Assembly (NCBI GenBank): GCA_964016885.1
Contig: OZ024743.1
Location: 332,382,001-332,446,000 of the forward strand
Source of the DNA: Eledone cirrhosa
Lineage: Eukaryota
Direction of reading: 5' to 3'
Length of the DNA: 64,000 nt
Positions 8,790 to 19,020 of the stretch are shown here, piece by piece (position 1 is the first letter of the stretch; every line of letters starts with the position of its first letter). The notes under the pieces are model-generated. The model had not been told where the DNA came from, searched no databases, and saw only the letters and a program-made list of their open reading frames with translations. A program made the translations under genes and the position numbers.

Positions 8790-11454
8790 ACTAGTATAGT
8801 AAAGTGTAATGAAATGTAGTGTAGTGCTGTGTAGTGTGGTGTAGTGTAGTATAGTGTAGTGTAATGGAGTACAATATAGTGTAGTGTAGTGTAATGTAAT
8901 GTAGTCTAATGTAGTGTTATGTAGTACAATATAGTATAATGTAGTGCAGTATAGTGTAGTGTAAGGTAGTGTAGTGCAGTATAGGGTAGTGTAATGTAGT
9001 GTAGTGCAGTATAGTGTAGTGGAATGTAGTAATGTAGTATAGTGCAGTATAGTGTAGTGGAATGTAGTAATGTAGTATAGTGCAGTATAGGGTAATGTAG
9101 TGTAGTGCAGTATAGGGTAGTGTTATGTAGTGTGGTGAAATATAGTGGACTGTGATGTAGTGTAGTATAAGTATAGTGTGGTGTAGTGTAGTGTGGTGTA
9201 GTGTAATGTAGGGTAGTATAGCGTAGTGTGGTGTAGTGTAGAGTAGTGTGTTATTGTGTGGTATAGTGTAGTATCGTGTGATGTGGTGTGGTGTAATAGA
9301 GTGGTGAAGTGTGGCGTAGTATAGTATGGTGTAGTGTAGTATAAGGTAGTGTAGTGAGGTACTGTATAGTGCGGTGTAGTGTGGTACTGTATAGTGTGGT
9401 GTAGTGTGGTACTGTATAGTGCGGTGTAGTGTGGTACTGTATAGTGTGGTGTAGTGTGGTACTGTATAGTGTGGTGTAGTGTGGTACTGTATAGTGTGGT
9501 GTAGTGTGGTACCGTATAGTGTTAAGTAGTGTGGTACTGTATAGTGTGGTGTAGTGTGGTTCTGTATAGTGTGGTGTAGTGTGGTACTGTATAGTGTGCT
9601 GTAGTGTGGTACTGTATAGTGTGGTGTAGTGTGGTACCGTATAGTGTTAAGTAGTGTGGTACTGTATAGTGTGGTGTAGTGTGGTACTGTATAGTGTGGT
9701 GTAGTGTGGTACTGTATAGTGTGGTGTAGTGTGGTACTGTATAGTGTAGTGTGGCACTGTATAGTGTGGTGTCGTGTGGTACTGTATAGTGTAGTGTGGT
9801 ACTGTATAGTGTGGTGTTGTGTGGTCCTGTATAGTGTGGTGTAGTTTGGTGTAGTGTGAAGTAGTGTGGTACTGTATAGTGTGGTGTAGTGTGGTGTAGT
9901 GTGGTACTGTATAGTGTGGTGTAGTGTGGTACTGTATAGTGTGGTGTAGTTTTGTGTAGTGTGATGTAGTCTGGTACTGTATAGTGTGATGTAGTGTGGT
10001 ACTGTATAGTGTGGTGTAGTGTGGTACTGCATAGTGTGGTGTAGTGAGGTACTGTATAGTGTGGTGTAGTGTGATATAGTGTGGTACTCTATAGTGTGGT
10101 GTAGTGTGGTACTGTATAGTGTGATGTATTGTGGTACTATATAGTGTGATGTGGTGTGGTACTGTATAGTGTGATGTAGTTTGGTGTAGTGTGATGTAGT
10201 GTGGTACTGTATAGTGTGGTGTGGTACTGTATAGTGTGATGTAGTGTGGTACTGTATAGTGTGATGTAGTGTGGTACTGTATAGTGTGGTACTGTATAGT
10301 GTGATGTAGTGAGGTACTGTATAGTGTGGTGTAGTTTGGTGTAGTGTGATGTAGTGTGGTACTGTATAGTGTGGTGTGGTACTGTATAGTGTGATGTAGT
10401 GTGGTACTGTATAGTGTGATGTAGTGTGGTACTGTATAGTGTGGTACTGTATAGTGTGATGTAGTGAGGTACTGTATAGTGTGGTGTAGTTTGGTGTAGT
10501 GTGATGTAGTGTGGTACGGTGTAGTGTGGTACTGTATAGTGTGGTACTGTATAGTGTGGTGTGGTACTGTATAGTGTGGTGTAGTGTGGTACTGTATAAT
10601 GTGGTGTGGTGTGGTACTGTATAGTGTGGTGTAGTGTGGTACTGTATAGTGTGGTGTGGTGTGGTACTGTATAGTGTGGTGTAGTGTGGTACTGTATAGT
10701 ATGATGTAGTGTGGTACTGTATAGTGTGATGTAGTGTGGTACTGTATAGTGTGATGTAGTGTGGTACTGTATAGTGCGGTGTGGTGTGGTACTGTATAGT
10801 GTGGTGTAGTGTGGTACTGTATAGTGTGGTGTTGTGTGGTACTGTATAGTGTGATGTAGTGTGGTACTGTATAGTGCGGTGTGTTGTGGTACTGTATAGT
10901 GTGGTGTAGTGTGGTACTGTATAGTGTGATGTAGTGTGGTACTGTATAGTGTGGTGTAGTCTGGTACTGTATAGTGTGATGGAGTGTGGTACTGTATAGT
11001 GCGGTGTGGTGTGGTACTGTATAGTGTGGTGTGGTATTGTATAGTGTGGTGTAGTGTGGTGTAGTGTGGTACTGTATAGTGTGGTGTGGTGTGGTACTGT
11101 ATAGTGTGATGTAGTGAGGTACTGTATAGTGTGATGTAGTGAGGTATTGTATAGTGTGATGTGGTGTGGTACTGTATAGTGTGATGTAGTGAGGTACTGT
11201 ATAGTGTGATGTAGTGTGGTACTGTATAGTGTGATGTAGTGAGGTACTGTATAGTGTGATGTAGTGAGGTATTGTATAGTGTGATGTGGTGTGGTACTGT
11301 ATAGTGTGATGTAGTGAGGTACTGTATAGTGTGATGTAGTGAGGTACTGTATAGTGTGGTGTAGTGTGATGTAGTGTGGTACTGTATAGTGTGATATAGT
11401 GAGGTACTGTATAGTGTGATGTGATGAGGTACTGTATAGTGTGGTGTAGTGTAG
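8790..11454. repeat. 5-bp-based satellite (GTAGT/GTGGT) maturing into 25-bp unit gtagt-gtggt-actgt-atagt-gtggt
   Basis: Degenerate pentamers to about 9340, then a homogeneous 25-mer with gtgat/gaggt variants increasing to the right. Confidence 0.95.
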
Positions 11455-11627
11455 AATTGTAGTTTTGTGAGAAGTTAGTCCAGTAAAATCAGTGAATGGA
11501 AGATTGTGTGTTGAGGAATGTGGAGTTTAGGAGAAAGAAAAGGAACTGAAAGATGAAGACAACATATTAAGTTACTGATAGAATAATCACCAGAGGAAAA
11601 CATAACAACATAATATACATACCTCAC

Positions 11628-11632
<5 letters not shown>

Positions 11633-11702
<70 letters not shown>

Positions 11703-11707
11703 ATGGA

Positions 11708-11747
<40 letters not shown>

Positions 11748-11796
11748 TATATAGATATATTTATAGATACGTATAGATATAGATACATACAGATAC

Positions 11797-11871
<75 letters not shown>

Positions 11872-11907
11872 CGTGTGTGTATACATATATATATATATAT
11901 ATATATA
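11633..11907. repeat. Compound (CA)n/(TA)n/(TG)n microsatellite
   Basis: Direct reading. Confidence 0.95.
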
Positions 11908-12514
11908 TGGTGGCTACCAACTCGTTTTCGAGTACGGCCACTACTTTATATCCATGTAGGAGAACCCCTACCAATGCGCTGAACGAGTGTGACTTTTTAG
12001 TCCAGCCAGCGACTTGAAAACTCTGGTACAAACACTACATTTGTGACAATTATTGACACAGTGCTGGGCCCATGGTACCATGTGACGACAAGTGCAGAGA
12101 GATCTCCAGATATAAAGCAATGCCTGTGCCGTGAAGCTTTTATAGTGAGCAAAAGCACTGCACAAAGCCAGTCCCACTCTCTTAACCAAGATGATATTTA
12201 CCAAAAAGAGGAACAAGTCAACATCATTGGATACCATCAGGGTTGCAGGTGTTATATCAGAGTTTTCCTTCTCCTAGAATTCTGCATTGACAAAGGCTAA
12301 GGGGTCATCTCTCCCGGTGATTTTGGATGGCCATTGTCTCTTAAGAGCTCCTTTGCCCTTTGACAGGTTTTGTTTTTAGTCCTGCAGGATGTCCAAAGTC
12401 ACCCTCCTCACCAAGAAACCTTGGTAGGGTTGCCAGTTTAGTCGCCAACGACCCCACCATGAGACAGGTTGTACTGGGATACATGTTACCAGTAGCACCA
12501 ACTGGTGACCTGAC
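11908..12514 (-). mobile_element. Internally deleted RTE-like non-LTR retrotransposon (5'UTR-like part + C-terminal C2H2 finger + 3'UTR)
   Basis: ORF 11968..12237(-) ends [24 protein letters not shown] (C2H2, resembling RTE-type ORF C-termini), then a short 3'UTR with a ctcg-aaaa-cgag hairpin running into (TA)n. The other end is structured and GC-rich and also abuts (TA)n. Confidence 0.55.
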
Positions 12515-12556
12515 ATATATATGTATATATACACACATATATATACATACATATAC

Positions 12557-12597
<41 letters not shown>

Positions 12598-12660
12598 TAT
12601 ACATACATATACATATATATACATATTTATATATATATATATATACACACATATATATAC

Positions 12661-12733
<73 letters not shown>

Positions 12734-12763
12734 TATATATAAATACATATACATATACATACA

Positions 12764-12819
<56 letters not shown>

Positions 12820-12860
12820 CATATATATATACATATATATATATGTATATACATAATATA
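12515..12860. repeat. (TA)n/(TACA)n microsatellite
   Basis: Direct reading. Confidence 0.95.
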
Positions 12861-12890
12861 AGATCAAAAGATGGTTAAAGGAGTTCCATG

Positions 12891-12961
12891 TATTTTATTA
12901 TGCGCATTTCAAAAACAAACATCATCATGCAATAATATTTGTGTTTTCATCAGATAAAACA
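12891..12961 (-). ncRNA. Type I hammerhead ribozyme (canonical core)
   Basis: Minus strand: stem I tgttttat / CTGATGA / stem II aaacacaaatattatt-gcat-gatgatgtttgttttt (15 of 16 paired including G.U) / GAA / palindromic stem III atgcgcat / A / stem I' ataaaata. AUA cleavage predicted between 12899 and 12898. Confidence 0.85.
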
Positions 12962-12982
12962 GGAGAACATGATATGAAGGCT

Positions 12983-13041
12983 AAAAAACACTTGTGGATA
13001 GTGCAGTTTTAAATCAACTGCACTATCCACAAGTGTTTTTT
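12983..13041. repeat. Perfect 26-bp inverted repeat, 7-nt spacer
   Basis: aaaaaacacttgtggatagtgcagtt (12983-13008) / aactgcactatccacaagtgtttttt (13016-13041). Confidence 0.95.
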
Positions 13042-13111
13042 CTACAAACTGTAGAGTGCTTCTTATCCGATATCTGCATTGCTTTATTGTACTACAATAA
13101 AACTCACCACC

Positions 13112-13150
13112 TACATATATATACATATATATATACATATATATATATAC

Positions 13151-13197
<47 letters not shown>

Positions 13198-13268
13198 CAT
13201 ATACATATATATATATACATATATATATTTACATATATATATATATACATATATATATATACATATAC

Positions 13269-13335
<67 letters not shown>

Positions 13336-13386
13336 CATATACATATATATATATATACATATATATATTTACATATATATATATAC

Positions 13387-13463
<77 letters not shown>

Positions 13464-13509
13464 TATATTTACATATATATATATATATACATATACATAA
13501 TATATATAC

Positions 13510-13600
<91 letters not shown>

Positions 13601-13632
13601 CATATATATACATATTATATATATATATACAC

Positions 13633-13708
<76 letters not shown>
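13112..13708. repeat. Long interrupted (TA)n/(TACA)n tract
   Basis: Direct reading. Confidence 0.95.
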
Positions 13709-13710
<2 letters not shown>

Positions 13711-13897
13711 CGAAGGAAATGTGGTAAGGAACCAGGTGGACCATAACGCACCAAAGTACTCAATACTTAGGGTAGTAGAGTGGGTAATAGGAACCAGTAT
13801 GACCCCGACGGCTGAGCTCAAGCCGTTGCGACGGCTAATTCAGTCCAGAATTAGCCGTCGAAACGGCTTGAGCTCAGCCGTCGGGGTCTTACTGGTT

Positions 13898-13902
<5 letters not shown>
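13709..13902. mobile_element. About 190-bp TA-embedded fold-back element, copy 1 (inverted 3' halves of a hammerhead)
   Basis: 55-bp arms 13787-13841 / 13848-13902 (2 mismatches). The right arm has GAAAC(13860)-ggct..agcc-GTC(13880-13882)-ggggtc. Confidence 0.75.
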
Positions 13903-13965
<63 letters not shown>

Positions 13966-13969
13966 TATA

Positions 13970-14003
<34 letters not shown>

Positions 14004-14282
14004 CATATATACACATATATACATATATAACACGTGAACGTAATGTGAATATACATGTGTGTGTGCGCGCGTGTGTGTGTGTACATAAAAATACTTGGCA
14101 TTTTCTCAACTCCAACAAAAGAACCTGGTTACTTTATGAGAAACTAGCTTTTGATCTCGAATACATGTGATAATATAACACACACACAAACACGTATATA
14201 TATATAGAGAGAGAGAGAATTACTATATATATAGAAAGAGAAATACTATCTATGAAATACATACATATATTTATACACATGT

Positions 14283-14360
<78 letters not shown>

Positions 14361-14442
14361 ATGTGTGTGCGTACATGTGTATAAATATATATATATCTAT
14401 TTCTATATTTATATATATATATAAATATATTTATATATATAT

Positions 14443-14632
14443 AACGAAGGAAATGTGGTAAGGAACCAGATGGACCATAACGCACCAAAGTACTCAATAC
14501 TTAGGGTAGTAGAGTGGGTAATAGGAACAAGTATGACCCCGACGGCAGAGCTGAAGCCGTTTCGACGGCTAATTCCAGAATTAGCCGTCGAAACGGCTTC
14601 AGCTCTGCCGTCGGGGTCATACTTTTTCCTAT
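14443..14632. mobile_element. About 190-bp TA-embedded fold-back element, copy 2
   Basis: Close copy of 13709-13902; arms 14521-14575 / 14578-14632 (1 mismatch, 2-nt spacer). Confidence 0.75.
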
Positions 14633-14847
14633 ATATATATATATATATCAACAAGCATCGAGTTTTACTCTGATTTCTGATCTTGCCCGTCTTCACGCCG
14701 CAGATATTTTATATTTACAGAGAAAATCCTAAGAAATGCCAGCATGTAGATGATGGAATATTTCATGTTGGTCAGAATAACGAAGTAAAGTTCTTTTACT
14801 ACAGGAAGAATGCCGAGATAAAAAGCAAAGATGAATCACCACCGCCA

Positions 14848-15070
14848 TCTTCTTCTTCTTCGCCCACATATTCCTTGGAGATTCGTGGGGGCAGAGTCCT
14901 CAAACCCTCCTTCCAGCAGGTCTTGTCAGAAACAACTAACTCCGACTGATCCGCCTGGATCCCCAAGCGAGACCAGCCAAGCTCGTGGATGTTATTCAAC
15001 CATCTTGCTCTGGGTTTACCCCTGGGTCTACTGTCGGTTGGTTTTGCCCGTAAAATATGTCCAGCGATTC
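14848..15070 (-). mobile_element. 5'-truncated RTE-clade LINE 3' end
   Basis: Translation GHILR..RPRGKPRARWLNNI..SDKTCWKEGL matches the RTE ORF C-terminal pattern (RxRGRPxxRWxD..DRxxWR); (GAA)n tail at 14848-14860. Confidence 0.75.
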
Positions 15071-15300
15071 TGAAAAATTTATAATTGGGGCGGAGCGGAG
15101 GGGGGGGGGTATTACTCGAGACCCGAGAGTAGTGGATGTTACTGGAAGACTGGAAGATATATATATATATATTTTTTATGGTTGGTAGATCATTGACAAT
15201 ACATTGCATCTCCAGCCTTGGAAGTTTTTTAAAGACAAACATCAAGGTATCTTCTCTCTCTCTCTCTCAGACTAGTATTTTTTACAATGGTTCAAATAAT

Positions 15301-15487
15301 TGTTTCTACTTTAGGCACAAGGCCAGCAATTACCCAGTGCATTACTGGTACTTTATTTTATCGACCCCATAAGGATGAAAGGCAAAGTCAACCTCGGCGG
15401 GATTTGAACTCAGATCATAAAGGGACGTAACTATGCTGGAAAGCATGGCGTCCAACCCTCTACCAATACTGCCAATCCACCACCTGT
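15301..15487 (-). mobile_element. Full-length tRNA-derived SINE with 16-bp TSD
   Basis: Minus strand: A-box tggcagtattgg, B-box gagttcaaatccc, body gcctttcatccttatggggtcgataaaat. TSD caatggttcaaataat at 15285-15300 and 15488-15503. Confidence 0.88.
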
Positions 15488-15503
15488 CAATGGTTCAAAT
15501 AAT

Positions 15504-15809
15504 GCCATAAAGTTTCTGGATAGCATCCACGAGAAAATAAAGATGACTCCATACAACTGTCCTATCTACAACACAGTTTATATACCTGCGTGTGACAACT
15601 GTGATGGTTGCTACATTGGCAGTACATTAAGAAATACGCCACGACTAATTACTCGTCGTTTCCGAAAACACGTCCTAAAATGCGGAAACAAAGGCAAGAG
15701 CCTTACCATCACGATACTAACCATAGAATATAGGCACCCTGCGGAACGTGGAAGCTTTTCTGATAAAACAACTGAAACTCCCCTAGGAAAAATGAGACAC
15801 AATAGCTAA
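15504..15809 (+). pseudogene. Degenerate Penelope-like element ORF remnant (GIY-YIG endonuclease, possibly a fused RT piece)
   Basis: NTVYIPACDNCDGCYIGSTLR..R..KH...C fits the PLE GIY-YIG pattern VYxxxCxxCxxxYIGxT. In-frame upstream FLDSIHEKIKMT resembles the PLE RT motif LNSIHPxIKFT. Confidence 0.65.
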
Positions 15810-15837
15810 TTTTACCCGACAACCCAAACCAAAATTC

Positions 15838-16200
15838 CGTTGACCCTTGTGGTGTGTTGTGCGGCCGATTGTCATACTTGGTGGTGAATTGATGGTTGAT
15901 TTAGTTTGTTTTCTTTCCTTTTCTCTCGCTTTGACAATATATTTGTGAGGTTCCTAGCAATGATTAATTGTATTTATTGTGTGTTTAATAAAATTGAATT
16001 AAAAACTATATTTCGTTGACCTTTGTAATGTACGGCCGATTGTCGCACTTTGTGGTGAATTGATGGTTGTTTTTTTTTTGTTTCTTTTTGCTTCATTTTT
16101 TCTTTCTTTCTTTCTCTCGCTTTGATCGTATATTTTGGTGTGATGTATTTGTAAGGTTCGTAGAATAGTTAATTGTATTTTTTATATGTGTTTATTATAT
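15838..16200 (+). repeat. Degenerate 176-bp tandem duplication, probable PLE 3' UTR
   Basis: cgttgacc..cggccgattgtc..gtggtgaattgatggttg..ttctctcgctttga at 15838 and 16014; directly follows the GIY-YIG remnant. Confidence 0.7.
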
Positions 16201-16802
16201 TTTTCATTTTGAAAGAACTGAGAAATTTATAATGTTATTTATACAAGTGTGAATAAAGTTAATGAATCTTTTGTTTTTTAGTAGAGGAAAAAAACAATAA
16301 GTAAAAAAATGAATAAATATTTAAACAAATAAGCCCGATAAACCAAACTACACAACAATGAAAACATCAAATGGTCAGCCAGATGATTGTTGTCACAATT
16401 CATCCTGCCACATTTAATGACATAACGTATTGTTGTCATAAGTCATGCATGATGATATAGAGTTGATTACAACATGGAGGCAATTCTCAGTCAGTAGTAT
16501 CTATATCTTGGCTATAAATATCTCACTGTCGTCCGTCAAACATATACATGTACACCAGGTCGGGACACGAACTAACTCAACTCCCCATTGTCACTGCCTC
16601 CCGCTCTCCCCATCTCCCACTTTTATGAGCAAATGGGGGCCCACGCGGATAAAATAGAGGAGGCGTTTCCCCGGAGGATGGTGACGGAGACATGCTGGAA
16701 GAGCCATTCCAGCTCGCAAGGCTCACACCTTCAGGTAACCAACTCTGTGCCGATGGAGGTGAACAAGGACGTGGCCCTAGGACCAAGAACACCAGAATTC
16801 TG

Positions 16803-16858
<56 letters not shown>

Positions 16859-16862
<4 letters not shown>

Positions 16863-16995
16863 ATGGATGCAATAAAAACCTGTTAGGCTATTACTCACCA
16901 GAGAACTCGATACTTGGGATAGTAGAGTGTGGTAATATAAAGGAGTCGGGACACTAGCTGTTGAAACGGCAAGAGCTCAGCCGTCGGGGTCTCCT
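16859..16995. mobile_element. Diverged third copy of the half-hammerhead family
   Basis: actcgatacttgggatagtagagtgtggtaat matches actcaatacttagggtagtagagtgggtaat, followed by gaaacggcaagagctcagccgtcggggtc; flanked by (TA)n and (CA)n. Confidence 0.7.
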
Positions 16996-17185
16996 ACACA
17001 CACACATATTTACAGGATGTTTCCAAAAAACAACTTTGTTCTGTGAAGAAACACAGCTGCTGCTATTCTCACTACCACCAAATTTTGAGCAAGATGGAAG
17101 AAAACTTACTCCAACATTTGATTTTAATTTTAAATCTTTAATTTTTAACTCCTTTTAATTCTTTTTAATTTTTATTTCAATACTC

Positions 17186-17241
17186 AACATTTGATAAGAT
17201 GAATTTTAATAAGATGAATTTTAATCGAAACCGGTAATATA
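17186..17241 (+). ncRNA. Degenerate type I hammerhead (U3-A8 variant)
   Basis: TTGATAA(17191-17197)-gat..atc-GAA-accggt-A(17236); stem I poorly paired; 15-nt duplication in stem II. Confidence 0.45.
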
Positions 17242-17379
17242 CTTTATAGACATTATAAAAAAATTTTTTTAAAAGAATTGTCCCTCTCATTTTTTCACTA
17301 ATGTCATCTTTTCAATAATAACAGACCTTTAAATATATCTTCCGTGCTATTTCCAACTTCACCTTTTCACTTCCCTTTT

Positions 17380-17382
<3 letters not shown>

Positions 17383-17466
<84 letters not shown>
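17383..17466. repeat. (TA)n microsatellite
   Basis: Pure TA run. Confidence 0.97.
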
Positions 17467-17468
<2 letters not shown>

Positions 17469-17726
17469 TAATAATAAATACAAGAACAGCTTAAAAGTTT
17501 AAGCAATAAATCACTGCTTTCACCCTAAGCGGGATTTTTTCTTCGGATCTTAGTCTTTGTATTTATTATTGTGACTATATATATATATATATACAAAATT
17601 TAATATAGAAATGGCTGTTTTATTCGTATGAAATCATTCAATTTTTTTATGTTTTCACTCTACTAATGTATTGAGTATCTTATTTACTGTAGTTACCTCC
17701 GATTTAACTCGGGATCTATATATATA

Positions 17727-18323
17727 CGAGGTATGTCAGAAAAGAAACAGGACTAGTGTCGCTAAAGAAAATATTTCAAATCCAAACTACAAATTTTCCC
17801 CTTCGAAATAATCCCCCTCGAGTCCAACGCACTTTCCCATCCTTCTCCACCACGGCTTCCAAACGCTGTCGCGGTTATTGCCCGGCTCACTTGCGATAGG
17901 TTGAACAGTCAGCCAACGACCACCACACACCACATGCCTCAAGCGTTCAACGTTGGCCTTAGTACTGCTCCTTGAAGGCCGTCCCCTCTTGGAGCTCGTC
18001 TTCCACCTTTTGTGCCACTCGTAAGCACGACATCGTCTCATCCTCTCACACTTTCTGCTGTATTCCGAGGGCTGGCGGAATTTCTCCCAAACGGACCAGA
18101 TTCATCAGGCTGGTTCGTTGTTCTGTCCCCATCGCTCGACAGCCTACAATTGAGAAGCTTTTATCAAAAGTGCGTGAAAGAATATATACAATGGCTGCAG
18201 AAAGCTGAGATCGCAATTACATATTGCCCGGATAATATGTCTCACGGTGACGCCACCCACTAATCCTTACCCCACTCATAGTTCATACAGCACACTAAGT
18301 CCTGTTACTTTCTTGCTACCTTG
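17727..18323 (-). mobile_element. Internally deleted mariner (Tc1/mariner) transposon
   Basis: TIRs TA|cgaggtatgtcagaaaagaaacaggactagtgt and acactaagtcctgttactttcttgctaccttg. ORF 17787..18041(-) joins the mariner N-terminal HTH (YEWHKR..GRPS..NVE..RWLTV..IA) to the C-terminal KCV..EGDYFEG; the DDD domain is missing. Confidence 0.85.
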
Positions 18324-18440
18324 TGTGTGTGTACAGACAGACAGACATACTATATATACATACACAAAACACATCGTCGACATATGATCGCAATTGCTCG
18401 AATTTATTTTTAAATGACATTTATCGTTGCCTGCCCAATA

Positions 18441-18650
18441 CCAGTAATACTCTAGGGTAACTTGGTGATCTTGGCCATTGACACCAAAGAGGTTCCTCTG
18501 TTCAGCTCTATACCAGTTATACTCTTGGGTAACTTGGTGATCTTAGCCATTGACATCAGAGAAGTTTCTCAGTCCAGTTTCATAGCAGTAATACATTGAG
18601 GTAACTTGGTGATCCTAATCATTGACCTCAGAAAGGTTCCCTCGACCCAA
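18441..18650. repeat. 72-bp tandem repeat, about 3 diverged copies
   Basis: Units start at 18441, 18513 and 18585; shared ggtaacttggtgatc..cattgac. Confidence 0.88.
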
Positions 18651-18908
18651 CATCGTATGTGTCATCAATAAAAGGATGGCACTTTCACCGAGATTACAAG
18701 GGCCGAAACATTTGCTTGTGATGGGTTTCTACTCTGAAGACCTTCAGCTGTCCAGCTCACCTGGGAGTTTCTTACCACTTTACCATGCTACTTCTCACTG
18801 TTTCATCTATAACCCTAGGCTGGGTGAATACCAGGAGTATAGCTTGCTAAAGTGCAGCTCGTGTGTAGTCGAGGCTGGTTTATTTCCATCTTCGCCACTA
18901 ACACCTAT

Positions 18909-19020
18909 GAAGGCACGTAGTTTAATGGTTAAAGTGTTTGGCTCGCAATCGTAAGGTCATGAGTTCGATTCCCAGCGACCCGTTTTGTTCCTGAGCAAGA
19001 CTCTATTTCACATTGCTCCA
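18909..19020 (+). mobile_element. tRNA-derived SINE (same family as 6452-6574), may extend to about 19200
   Basis: gaaggc..tagtttaatggttaaag (A-box), gagttcgattccc (B-box), ttcctgagcaagactctatttcacattgctcc. Confidence 0.75.

Noticed and set aside
8917-10032. 371-aa His/Thr/Tyr-rich ORF
   Set aside because: Translation of the 5/25-bp satellite on its stop-poor strand; the unit length is not a multiple of 3
8790-11454. Telomeric repeat
   Set aside because: The pentamers are GTAGT/GTGGT, not TTAGGG or TTAGG, and the array is internal
11968-12045. Host C2H2 zinc-finger gene exon
   Set aside because: Single finger without TGEKP linkers, ending in a stop plus a retroposon-like 3' tail in (TA)n; better explained as an RTE-like remnant
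12341-14497. Many long YI/IY/HT/CV-repeat ORFs (also at 749-3431 and 11475-12031)
   Set aside because: Artefacts of (TA)n, (CA)n and (TG)n microsatellites
18441-18650. 72-bp repeat as a 24-aa coding repeat (e.g. LRR)
   Set aside because: Stop codons interrupt all six frames across the units
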